DNA of 64,000 bases from positions 512 through 64,511 of the forward strand of contig DHNM01000002.1 of NCBI GenBank assembly GCA_002409525.1. The letters run 5' to 3'. The position numbers and the translations under genes were made by a program. This document shows, one piece after another, positions 1 to 8,427 of the stretch. Each line of letters starts with the position of its first letter. Within the stretch, counting starts at the first letter, position 1. Under the pieces are notes generated by a model that was not told the DNA's origin, ran no database searches, and was given only the letters and a program-made list of their open reading frames with translations. The stretch is from Eubacterium sp. UBA5416. Its GTDB lineage: Bacteria; Bacillota; Clostridia; Lachnospirales; Lachnospiraceae.

Positions 1-5
1 GTAAA

Positions 6-2165
6 TTACAAAACTGTGATTTTTGTCTCAAAGGGTTCTAATTCAAATTTAATCCTTCCTTCGTCCGTCTTCACGCTGGTCTTTGCGGGATGATCACAGT
101 TATTTATGACCACAAGCGTTCTGCCGTCAGGATAATAAGCACACTCCGTATCCGCGCAGTCGGTCAGGTATATCTGATCCAAATCCATTCCTTTTCCAAA
201 AAGCATCAGATTTAACAGCATCCTGGTATTCTCATTGCTCAGCTGAAATCCTGACAGGTAAATTCCTTTTCCATTGCCAAAAGTATGAATGGTTAGAGCA
301 GGCATTCCATCTTTTTCACGGATCACCTGTGCTTTTCCGTCCGTCAGGAACAGATTTAAAGATCCGGAGACATCCGCGCCTTTTGGCAGCAATTTATGTT
401 CCAGCTCATGTTCAATGTCGAACTGCCATCTGCCGTGGCATACTTTCTCACCTGTGTCTTCATCTATTCCCAGTACTTCGGCCATACGGAAAAAATCGCA
501 GTATCCTTTTGTCGCGGATGGTTCTCCGATTCCGATAAATAAGCCGCCTTTTGAAACCCATTCCTGCATTTTTTCCAGCAGTTTTGAATCTTTCCATGCA
601 TCTCCGCCACTCCAGGCTGTTCCGGCAGCTCCGGCATTGATCACTACATCGACATCTTTTAGTCCGTGAGCTTTCGCATCTTCGAAATCAATAAACTTCA
701 CATTAACCGGAAGTCCGGATAACGCTTCATTTACATGAATCAGATCATGCATATAAGTCTCATGGAAATGTCCGGACAGTGTCCAGGACCGCAAACTTCC
801 CCAGCAGTGGAGAACCGCTACCGTAAGCGGCAGTGTATACACTTCGCCCTTATGAAGATCGCGGATCATACGGAATTCATCCGCGATCGTTTCAATATAA
901 TCACAAAAATCCGGAGAATTCTGTGTCAAATGAAGGTAACCGCCAAGTCCGATCCGGTCTATCTTCTCGCGCAGCAGCGCCCTTCGTACATGGTTCCAAT
1001 ATCCCTTTGCGTCTGCAGTTGGATCGCCGCCTTCTGAAAATGTCGGAGCTCCGCCGAGTCCTTTCGGGAACAGATAAGGATGCAGCCGGAGCTCATGGAC
1101 GCCTGTCTTCACACCGGCACAAAGCCTTGTTTCATAGCCGGAAAAGACACATTTGATCAGACCGTCAAAGCCAAAATCCGTGAATCTTCTGCTATAGGGC
1201 TCAAGGCCTATCCAGCTGTCATCATAGAAGACATATGCCTTCTTTCCATATTGATGTACTAAATCAACCAGTTGTTTTCCAAAACCTACGACAAACCGGT
1301 TAACAAAATTCATATAATCTCTCTGTTTCTTAGTCGGCGGCATATGGGTAACATGCAGTTTCCCCTGATTGATGAAATCCTCCGCACATAAGGCATAGCC
1401 ATAGGTCTTCTCAAACTCGTCCAGCGCAGGCGGACTGACTGTGAAATCATAGGATCCCCAGTCGGTATAGAGATTTCGGTTTTTCTCACTGGACCCCCAG
1501 ATCCAGGTAAAATTATAGAACAGGGATGTAAAGCGAACCACTGTCGTATCCGGATGTGCACTGCACCAATCTTTCAGCCACTGATACAGATAGTTCTGTG
1601 TTTCCTTATGTCTCGGATCCACCGGCATCAGATGTTCTTTGTTCCAGTTGTTTGTCACGTGATTGTACATGGAAATCTCTTCCCAGACACGGTATGCCAG
1701 AAAGCTTACTGTATAAGCATGGAACGGATCTGCGTGAACAATAACCACATTTCCAGACTCACGGTCATAAACCCAGTATTGCTGATCGACTTTCTGCTGC
1801 GTAGTCCTGTCATAAACTTCCCAGTATCTCATAGCGTTCTCAGATGCATTTACCAAAAACTGCTCCCGAAAAAAATCCTTCATCAAGTGAAGGGTAACAT
1901 GCTCATCCACTGCCACAACAGGCGACGTCATCAAAAAAGTCTGCTGTAGTTGTTCCGGGTGTTTTTTTGCCCATTCATTGTGATCTCTGATGATACAGAT
2001 CGTGGAGTAGATACCATAGCCGGCATCTAGAATTTCATCTGACAGTTCTGTCCCGTCACTGTCACGGATCACATCTGCGCCCCATTTTTCTGCCATCTGT
2101 AATGTTAATTTTTCATATCCGGCCTCCCCGGGAAGGGTAAAACCACCTTTTTTTGTCTGATCCAT
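6..2165 (-). CDS. gnpA: GH112 beta-galactoside phosphorylase, probably D-galactosyl-beta-1,4-L-rhamnose phosphorylase (GNB/LNB phosphorylase family)
   Basis: 719 aa; N-terminal FTLPGE...KWGADVIRDSDGT, MYNH, VVRFTSLFYNF, DDSWIGLEPY and DRIGLGGYL motifs of GH112; no signal peptide. The symbol is family-level only; specificity is inferred from context. Confidence 0.9.
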   Translation of the reverse strand: MDQTKKGGFTLPGEAGYEKLTLQMAEKWGADVIRDSDGTELSDEILDAGYGIYSTICIIRDHNEWAKKHPEQLQQTFLMTSPVVAVDEHVTLHLMKDFFREQFLVNASENAMRYWEVYDRTTQQKVDQQYWVYDRESGNVVIVHADPFHAYTVSFLAYRVWEEISMYNHVTNNWNKEHLMPVDPRHKETQNYLYQWLKDWCSAHPDTTVVRFTSLFYNFTWIWGSSEKNRNLYTDWGSYDFTVSPPALDEFEKTYGYALCAEDFINQGKLHVTHMPPTKKQRDYMNFVNRFVVGFGKQLVDLVHQYGKKAYVFYDDSWIGLEPYSRRFTDFGFDGLIKCVFSGYETRLCAGVKTGVHELRLHPYLFPKGLGGAPTFSEGGDPTADAKGYWNHVRRALLREKIDRIGLGGYLHLTQNSPDFCDYIETIADEFRMIRDLHKGEVYTLPLTVAVLHCWGSLRSWTLSGHFHETYMHDLIHVNEALSGLPVNVKFIDFEDAKAHGLKDVDVVINAGAAGTAWSGGDAWKDSKLLEKMQEWVSKGGLFIGIGEPSATKGYCDFFRMAEVLGIDEDTGEKVCHGRWQFDIEHELEHKLLPKGADVSGSLNLFLTDGKAQVIREKDGMPALTIHTFGNGKGIYLSGFQLSNENTRMLLNLMLFGKGMDLDQIYLTDCADTECAYYPDGRTLVVINNCDHPAKTSVKTDEGRIKFELEPFETKITVL

Positions 2166-2168
2166 ATG

Positions 2169-3218
2169 TTACAACGCCCCATCATTTCTTGTATTATCGT
2201 AATTCAGGATGCCGGCCAGGAAAGTGAGTGCCAGACCCTGTCCCCATCCCTGGATCCATTCTCTTGGTATTTCCCGATAGCCTTCGCGGTCTTTCATGAT
2301 CGCTGTGCCGCCGGAAACATTTAAAACACGACCGTCAGGACTGATCTGATCGAGAATACCCCTGACTGATTTGTTAACATATTTTAGATGCAGAGGATTG
2401 CCTTTATTCAGCATTGCCGCCGCTATTCCGCAGGAGGCAGATACCTCTTCATAAGAATCTTCATCATCCAGAATTGTTCTCCATAGTCCATTTTCCGTCT
2501 GATAGAGTTTCAGTGCCGAAAGCTGTTCTTCCTCGGAACCGGCGATATCCATATATTTCGGATACAGGTAGCATTCAGGAAGCACCTGACCCGCTACAGA
2601 CATTGTATATGCAGCCCACGCATTTGCTCTTCCCCAGTAGAAACCTGACATGTGATCTTTTGTGATGTTATTATAGCCATGATACCAAAGACCTGTTTCC
2701 CTGTTTTGAAGGTATTTGATGTGCCAGTAATATTGATTCAGCGCATCATTGATCAAATCTTCGTCTTTTAACTTCACGCCGACACGAAGCATAAAATATG
2801 CGGCCATGAAGAGTGTATCTGCCCAGCATTGTTCCGGAAAATCATTTTTTGTCGAAACAGTATGCTGAAGCACAGAATCGCCAAAACGGAGTGCATGATT
2901 TCTAAGATAATCGATTTTGCTTAAGACAATATCCCAGTATTTTTCGTCTCCGGTAGCTTCATATAATGTGATCAGGCAGTGTCCCATCGCACAGGTATTC
3001 ACTGTCCAGTCCGGAAGACCCAGTTCCATATACTCATCAATCCGATCTTTCATCAGATTCAGATATTTCTCATTTTTTGTCACCTCATATGCCTTGCTGA
3101 TTCCATAATATGCCACTCCGCACGGCCAGTCCCAGGTCATATCCATTCGCATAGTACGTGTCACAATTTTGTCTATCGCTGCCTCAACTTCCTGCTTGTC
3201 AAATTCTAATCCTGCCAT
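2169..3218 (-). CDS. yesR: GH105 unsaturated rhamnogalacturonyl hydrolase, YesR-like
   Basis: WDWPCGVAYYG, EQCWADTLFM, YWGRANAW, EVSASCGIA, QGWGQGLALTFLA closely follow B. subtilis YesR; RBS AGGAGAG upstream. Confidence 0.9.
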   Translation of the reverse strand: MAGLEFDKQEVEAAIDKIVTRTMRMDMTWDWPCGVAYYGISKAYEVTKNEKYLNLMKDRIDEYMELGLPDWTVNTCAMGHCLITLYEATGDEKYWDIVLSKIDYLRNHALRFGDSVLQHTVSTKNDFPEQCWADTLFMAAYFMLRVGVKLKDEDLINDALNQYYWHIKYLQNRETGLWYHGYNNITKDHMSGFYWGRANAWAAYTMSVAGQVLPECYLYPKYMDIAGSEEEQLSALKLYQTENGLWRTILDDEDSYEEVSASCGIAAAMLNKGNPLHLKYVNKSVRGILDQISPDGRVLNVSGGTAIMKDREGYREIPREWIQGWGQGLALTFLAGILNYDNTRNDGAL

Positions 3219-3241
3219 CTGTCCTCTCCTTCACTAGTTTA

Positions 3242-3273
3242 AGAAGGCTGCTCAAAGTACAAAGCAGCCTTCT
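3242..3273. other. Intra-operon stem-loop between the SBP and GH105 genes
   Basis: agaaggctgct (3242-3252) / agcagccttct (3263-3273) perfect 11-bp inverted repeat; no clear U-tract. Confidence 0.6.
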
Positions 3274-3287
3274 CGTCTCAGATATGA

Positions 3288-4937
3288 CTATTCTTTGATA
3301 TAATCTCCATTCTTATAGAGCTCTTTTTTCTCATCCAGGATATCCTGATATCCGGCATCGAGGTATTCCTTACTGTATTCTTTATACTTCTTGTCAAAGT
3401 CTTTTTCAGGTGAGGTGATGAGGTCTACATAGGATTCCTGCCACATTGCATTCAGGTCAGTTACGTATTCGTCTGAAGCCTCCACTGGTTTTGTAAAGAT
3501 CGGGGTCATCACACCATATTTCTCATTCTCTTTTGCATATTTGTACGCATCTTCAATAAGATACTCATATCCTGACGGTGCAAGCATACGTAAGTTAGCC
3601 TGATAGTTCTTTTCTTCGTCTCCATAGCTTGCAACCTCTTGTACCAGACACCAGTAGTCTTTGTTATTGTTCTGAGAGAGCTTAGACTCTCCATCGTATC
3701 CCTCAATCGGAACTGCAATCCCCTGATCGTCCAGATTATAATTCTGTCCTTCAACACCATTTTGCATGTAGAACAGATTTTCCGGCCGGATCATCCAGTT
3801 CAGGAACATCCATACTGCCGCTCTTTCTTCATCCGATGTTTTAGAATTAATTCCCATAATCAGACCATATGGCGGGTTTTCATAATAATATCCTTTACCG
3901 CTTGGTGCATAAGCAGCCGGATTCATCGTAGATACCTTGGCATCCGGATCATTTGCAAGCAGGGAAGAAATTGCATCTGTAGAACTGTTAATATAGAATC
4001 CATAAATTCCGGACTTTCCAGATACAAAGTCTGCCTTTAAGTCTCCATCTTCTTTATTTAGATAAAACTCAGAATCAAGTACCCCGTCATTATACTCTTT
4101 ATTTATTTCACGAAGATAATCTTCGGTTGGTTTCCATGTAAATGGAGCGACATTCAGATCCAGATACAGTGCTTTATCTTCTTCACTGATATCGTCTGTC
4201 ATATATGGATAGAAGTAGTTGAAGCTCTTCTGGATCAGTGTTGTACTTGTCTGTCCAAGTCCCGCATCTTTCCACGCTTTCAGCACTTCGTTGAGTTCAT
4301 CCAGGTTTTCCGGCATGTCCATACCCACCTTGTCCAGCCAGTCCTGGCGAATCAGATGTACGAAGTTATAATAGATGGGTTCACGACCGCCGAAGAAGAA
4401 TGCCTTATTTCCATCCAGCTCACCGTATTTGTCAATGGTATCGCTGAGCTGATCATAATAGTCGGGCGCATAGTATTTGATTTCATCCATGTCCAGATCC
4501 TGTATGGCACCTTCTGTGTAGTATTTCACTGCCTGAGGCATATCATAGTGCATGATGATATCCGGTGCATTTCCGGCTGCGATCATCTGCATATAGTCCT
4601 GAACCTCTGTTGTACGCCCGATTGCCACATACTTGACGTTTACATTATATTTGTCGCCGAATTCTTTCTGAACCCACTGTGTATAATAATTGTCTGTTGC
4701 ATTCCATCCTTCAAAGGCACGATCATATACCGGAATTTCAATGGTCACCTTTTTATCAAACCCTTTGGAGTAATCCTTAAAGTCTCCGGTTTTTGATGCC
4801 GAACCTGAGTCTGATGATTTTTTTGACGTATCATTTGCTTCCGACTTGTTATCGGATCCACATCCGGTGAGCATTCCAACTGTCATTACGCCAGCGAGCA
4901 GTAACGACACACCCTTTGTAATCTTTTTTCTTTTCAT
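3288..4937 (-). CDS. Carbohydrate ABC transporter substrate-binding lipoprotein
   Basis: Lipobox LTGC after a basic/hydrophobic signal; IRQDWLDKVG..PENLDEL motif of LplA-type SBPs; follows two permeases. Confidence 0.9.
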   Translation of the reverse strand: MKRKKITKGVSLLLAGVMTVGMLTGCGSDNKSEANDTSKKSSDSGSASKTGDFKDYSKGFDKKVTIEIPVYDRAFEGWNATDNYYTQWVQKEFGDKYNVNVKYVAIGRTTEVQDYMQMIAAGNAPDIIMHYDMPQAVKYYTEGAIQDLDMDEIKYYAPDYYDQLSDTIDKYGELDGNKAFFFGGREPIYYNFVHLIRQDWLDKVGMDMPENLDELNEVLKAWKDAGLGQTSTTLIQKSFNYFYPYMTDDISEEDKALYLDLNVAPFTWKPTEDYLREINKEYNDGVLDSEFYLNKEDGDLKADFVSGKSGIYGFYINSSTDAISSLLANDPDAKVSTMNPAAYAPSGKGYYYENPPYGLIMGINSKTSDEERAAVWMFLNWMIRPENLFYMQNGVEGQNYNLDDQGIAVPIEGYDGESKLSQNNNKDYWCLVQEVASYGDEEKNYQANLRMLAPSGYEYLIEDAYKYAKENEKYGVMTPIFTKPVEASDEYVTDLNAMWQESYVDLITSPEKDFDKKYKEYSKEYLDAGYQDILDEKKELYKNGDYIKE

Positions 4938-5050
4938 AGTTACCTCCTGTTTTTATCTGCCTGACGGATCCATTCTCATCAGGTAATTTTCGCTATGTAT
5001 CGCAAATCCATAACAACATGGAATGATACCTGCATTTATTATGACATCGC

Positions 5051-5944
5051 TCACTCCTTAACCGCACCGATCATGGTACCCTGCACAAAATATTTCTGTA
5101 CAAACGGATATACAATCAGAATCGGGACTGTCGCAAATATTACAGTTGCAGCTTTTAAGACTTCCGGGTTTGTCATAACGCCCTGAACGCCGCCTTCAGC
5201 CTGGAAAGATTCCTGTGCCGCCACTACAAGGTAATAAAGTTTCAGCTGCAGCGGACGTAAATCTGTACGCTGTTTGATATAGTACAGAGCATCCTGGTAG
5301 GCGTTCCAGCGTCCTACTGCGTAGAAAAGAGCAATCGTCGCAATGATTGGCTTTGTCAGCGGAATAATGATACTTCTTAAGATCTTGATATGTCCCGCTC
5401 CGTCAATCAATGCCGATTCCACAAGGCTGTCCGGGACAGTTGCCTGGAAATTATTCTTCATAATCAGCAGATTGTAAGGTGCAAAACACAGTGGAAGAAT
5501 CAGGCACCACCAGGTATCTAGCATATGTAAGCTATTCATCAGCAGGTAATCCGGAATCGTTCCTGCCGCAAAATACATCGTCAGCATAATCAGAAACGTC
5601 ATAATCTTGCGGCCTTTCAATTCCTTTCGGCTTAATGCATATGCCGCACTGATCGTAAGGAACATTCCAATTCCGGTAAATGCTATTGTCACCACAAGTG
5701 ATACAAACATAGATCTCAAGATGGAACTGTCTGCGAATATCTTCTTATACGCATTCAGGCTAAATCCTTTCGGCAGAAGGAATACTTTTTTTGCCACGAC
5801 AAAGGATTCCTGACTAACGGATTTTGAAAGTACATGTAAGAACGGGAACAGACAGATGAAGGCCATCACCGCCATAAACACGTAAAAGAATACATCTGCC
5901 CAGGTAAACTTTCTCATCTTTTTTAGTTTCTTTTCTTTGTTCAT
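5051..5944 (-). CDS. Carbohydrate ABC transporter permease
   Basis: Multiple TM segments; EAA loop ESALIDGAG; C-terminal YPFVQKYFVQG..IGAVK. Confidence 0.92.
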   Translation of the reverse strand: MNKEKKLKKMRKFTWADVFFYVFMAVMAFICLFPFLHVLSKSVSQESFVVAKKVFLLPKGFSLNAYKKIFADSSILRSMFVSLVVTIAFTGIGMFLTISAAYALSRKELKGRKIMTFLIMLTMYFAAGTIPDYLLMNSLHMLDTWWCLILPLCFAPYNLLIMKNNFQATVPDSLVESALIDGAGHIKILRSIIIPLTKPIIATIALFYAVGRWNAYQDALYYIKQRTDLRPLQLKLYYLVVAAQESFQAEGGVQGVMTNPEVLKAATVIFATVPILIVYPFVQKYFVQGTMIGAVKE

Positions 5945-5954
5945 TATCTGCCTC

Positions 5955-6884
5955 CTAGATCAGCCCTTCTTCACCAAGTCGTTTCGATATGAAGTCTGCC
6001 GCAAGTACAAGTATCAGACCGATTGCAGACTGAAACAGGCCAAGTGCCGTTGCCTCACTGAATTTTCCGCCTTCAATGCCCCAGCGATATACCAGTACCG
6101 GGATCATCGTTGTATATTTCGTAGCTTTTGCATTGGATAATGCATAGATACGTTCAAAGGAACCCTGCATGACTTTTCCGAGGTTCATAATCAGCAGAAT
6201 TACGATTGTGCTGCGGATGCAGGGAAGCGTTACATGTATACATTGCTTCCATCTTCCGGCTCCGTCCACTCTCGCAGCCTCATATAGTTCTGGATTTACA
6301 CCGGTGATCGCCGCAAGATAGATGATAGTTCCCCATCCCATGGACTGCCATACACCGATGAGCAGATATGAAATCAGCCACCATGTATCATCCTGAAGAA
6401 AAGGAATCGGACTTCCGCCCGCATGGGAGATGATATTGTTAATCATACCGTCGCTCACGCTGAACAGCTGATATGCCAGTGCGCCAATGATAACCCATGA
6501 TAAAAAGTGAGGCAGGTAAAGCAGCGTCTGTGTCACTTTTTTAAACCACTTTGATTTGATCTCATTTAAAATTAATGCCAGTATGATTGGCATTGGAAAG
6601 CTTAACAATAGATCCAGGAGATTAATCATCAATGTGTTTTTCACCGATTCAACAAAATCCCTGTGTTTAAAAATCTTCCGGAACACATCGAATCCAACCC
6701 ATTTACTCTCCGAAAATCCCCTGGCTATTTTATAATCTTTAAAAGCAATTGACAGCCCGAAATAAGAACCATACTTAAATACAAAGATAAAGATCATCGG
6801 CAGAAGCATCAGCAGATAAAGCTGCCAATTTTTCTTTATGTAAAGCACCATACTCGTTTTTGTGCTTTTTTTTGTTTTTTTCAT
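5955..6884 (-). CDS. Carbohydrate ABC transporter permease (LplB-like)
   Basis: YLPHFLSWVI, GWGTIIYLAAI, LYEAARVDGAGRW motifs. Confidence 0.92.
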   Translation of the reverse strand: MKKTKKSTKTSMVLYIKKNWQLYLLMLLPMIFIFVFKYGSYFGLSIAFKDYKIARGFSESKWVGFDVFRKIFKHRDFVESVKNTLMINLLDLLLSFPMPIILALILNEIKSKWFKKVTQTLLYLPHFLSWVIIGALAYQLFSVSDGMINNIISHAGGSPIPFLQDDTWWLISYLLIGVWQSMGWGTIIYLAAITGVNPELYEAARVDGAGRWKQCIHVTLPCIRSTIVILLIMNLGKVMQGSFERIYALSNAKATKYTTMIPVLVYRWGIEGGKFSEATALGLFQSAIGLILVLAADFISKRLGEEGLI

Positions 6885-6922
6885 TAGCCCCTCCTTTACA
6901 CTTGTCCTTCGTTTATGATCAT

Positions 6923-6989
6923 ATTATACAAAAACCCGAATTTTAATTCTCTCTGTAATTCTTTAAAATCTTCTCATTTTCAACCATTT
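6923..6989 (-). promoter_or_regulatory. Putative activator-dependent promoter of the ABC-yesR-GH112 operon
   Basis: TATAAT on the minus strand (6928-6923); poor -35; upstream 48-bp block shared with 17918-17965. Confidence 0.5.
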
Positions 6990-7126
6990 AAATATTTGTA
7001 CAAATCACTCATTGTCTATTTATCATAATTCCATATACCTTTTTTTGTACAACATGCTCAACTTCAATCAAATGAGCACCATATTTTTCCATATGCCATC
7101 TCTAAAAAACAATATCCTGTCATAAA

Positions 7127-7155
7127 TTGCATTTAGTTATTATTTATAGTATGAT
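7127..7155 (+). promoter_or_regulatory. Putative sigmaA promoter of the araC gene
   Basis: TTGCAT (7127-7132), 17-nt spacer, TATGAT (7150-7155). Confidence 0.5.
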
Positions 7156-7163
7156 AATACCCA

Positions 7164-7299
7164 GGGTCAAAAGTATATGCTTTTTTATGCTCGCATAAAA
7201 AAGCATATATTTGAGACCCGCCAAAACATGAGGACGAAGCCCGACAGGGCGGAATCCGAATGTTTTAGGATTGTGAGAGCACGCAGTGCGTAACAATCC
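7164..7299. repeat. Multi-hairpin palindromic element in the araC leader
   Basis: Perfect 17-bp inverted repeat 7174-7190/7193-7209, plus nested stems aaaacat/atgtttt around gccc-gaca-gggc and ggattgt/acaatcc around gcac-gca-gtgc. Confidence 0.7.
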
Positions 7300-7319
7300 G
7301 TGGAAAGGAGATGTTAGTT

Positions 7320-8267
7320 TTGTCAAAGCCAAAGCAAACCCCAATAGAATACAGGAACTACGCCCTGCCGGCATATTTTCCAATTCTTTTATTATCCGGC
7401 GATGAATGGCGGATATCCGATATTCCATCTCATGTTCTGCATTTTCACAATTGTGTGGAAATCGGTTTGTGTGAGTCGGACAGCGGTACCATGGAATTCT
7501 CCGATATTTCTTCTGACTTTCATGAGGGCGATGTTACATTTATAGCAGGAGAAATTCCTCACACTACATATTCCGCACCCGGAAGGGCAAGCAAATGGTC
7601 CTACATCTTTTTGAATGTGGAAGAACTTTTTCATCCATACTTCCCACTGGAACTCATCTCTGACAAAGAAGTCCTGGACATGCTGCTTCACAGCTCCTGG
7701 GCTATTTTCCCAAGGAGTAAATACCCGGAGATCTATATTCTTGTCTCTGAAATTGTCCACGAACTGAACGCAAAAGAGTTAAACTTCCAATTCAGTGTCC
7801 GGGGGCTGGTCCTCTCGCTTATGATGCGGCTCATCAATATCTTCGGAACTGAAAATGATGAGAATTCTCATAATATGTCCACGCACGAGAATTCACTCTC
7901 CATCTCTCCGGCGCTTACTTATATTCAAAGAAACTACAAACAGGATTTCCCGATTGATGAACTGGCAGAGCTCTGTGATATGAGTCCTACACATTTCAGG
8001 CGGACCTTTTCCTCAATTATGGGCGTCAACCCGCTGAAATATCTGTCCCGTGTGCGCATCGTGCAGGCAACTACACTGCTCCGCACGACAGAAATTCCGA
8101 TTCTCGACATTTCTGAAGAAGTCGGTTTTCGGTCGATCTCGACATTTAATCGAAATTTCATGGAAATTACAGGGATAAAACCTATGCAGTATCGAAAACA
8201 GATGTCCTATATCCGGGATCAGTCCGTATTAAAATGCACCGGTTGGATGACACCCCCAAAAGAGTAG
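7320..8267 (+). CDS. AraC family transcriptional regulator (cupin sensor + HTH)
   Basis: LHFHNCVEIG cupin motif; C-terminal ELAELCDMSPTHFRRTF and ISEEVGFRSISTFNRNF; start moved from ATG 7311 to TTG 7320 to fit RBS GAAAGGAG (7303-7310). Confidence 0.92.
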   Translation: MSKPKQTPIEYRNYALPAYFPILLLSGDEWRISDIPSHVLHFHNCVEIGLCESDSGTMEFSDISSDFHEGDVTFIAGEIPHTTYSAPGRASKWSYIFLNVEELFHPYFPLELISDKEVLDMLLHSSWAIFPRSKYPEIYILVSEIVHELNAKELNFQFSVRGLVLSLMMRLINIFGTENDENSHNMSTHENSLSISPALTYIQRNYKQDFPIDELAELCDMSPTHFRRTFSSIMGVNPLKYLSRVRIVQATTLLRTTEIPILDISEEVGFRSISTFNRNFMEITGIKPMQYRKQMSYIRDQSVLKCTGWMTPPKE

Positions 8268-8269
8268 TA

Positions 8270-8301
8270 AGGAATGAAAAACCAGGACATTTTTCATTCC
8301 T
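8270..8301 (+). terminator. Stem-loop immediately after the araC stop codon
   Basis: aggaatgaaaaa / tttttcattcct 12-bp inverted repeat; weak U-tract. Confidence 0.5.
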
Positions 8302-8388
8302 GACAAAGATGACAGCCTGTAAAACTCCTCCTTTATTCTATCAAACATAAAACAAATTTAATAATATGTTTTTTAAATTTATAAAAGA

Positions 8389-8397
8389 TGTTATAAT
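8389..8397 (+). promoter_or_regulatory. Extended -10 promoter element for the OPT operon
   Basis: TGTTATAAT (TGnTATAAT) in an AT-rich region upstream of RBS AAAGGAGG and TTG start at 8428. Confidence 0.5.
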
Positions 8398-8427
8398 GAT
8401 CTCTTAAAAATAAAAAGGAGGTATTTA

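Noticed and set aside
7144-7428. 94-aa minus-strand ORF across the palindromic element
   Set aside because: Antisense to the araC start, no RBS or recognisable motif; likely an artefact
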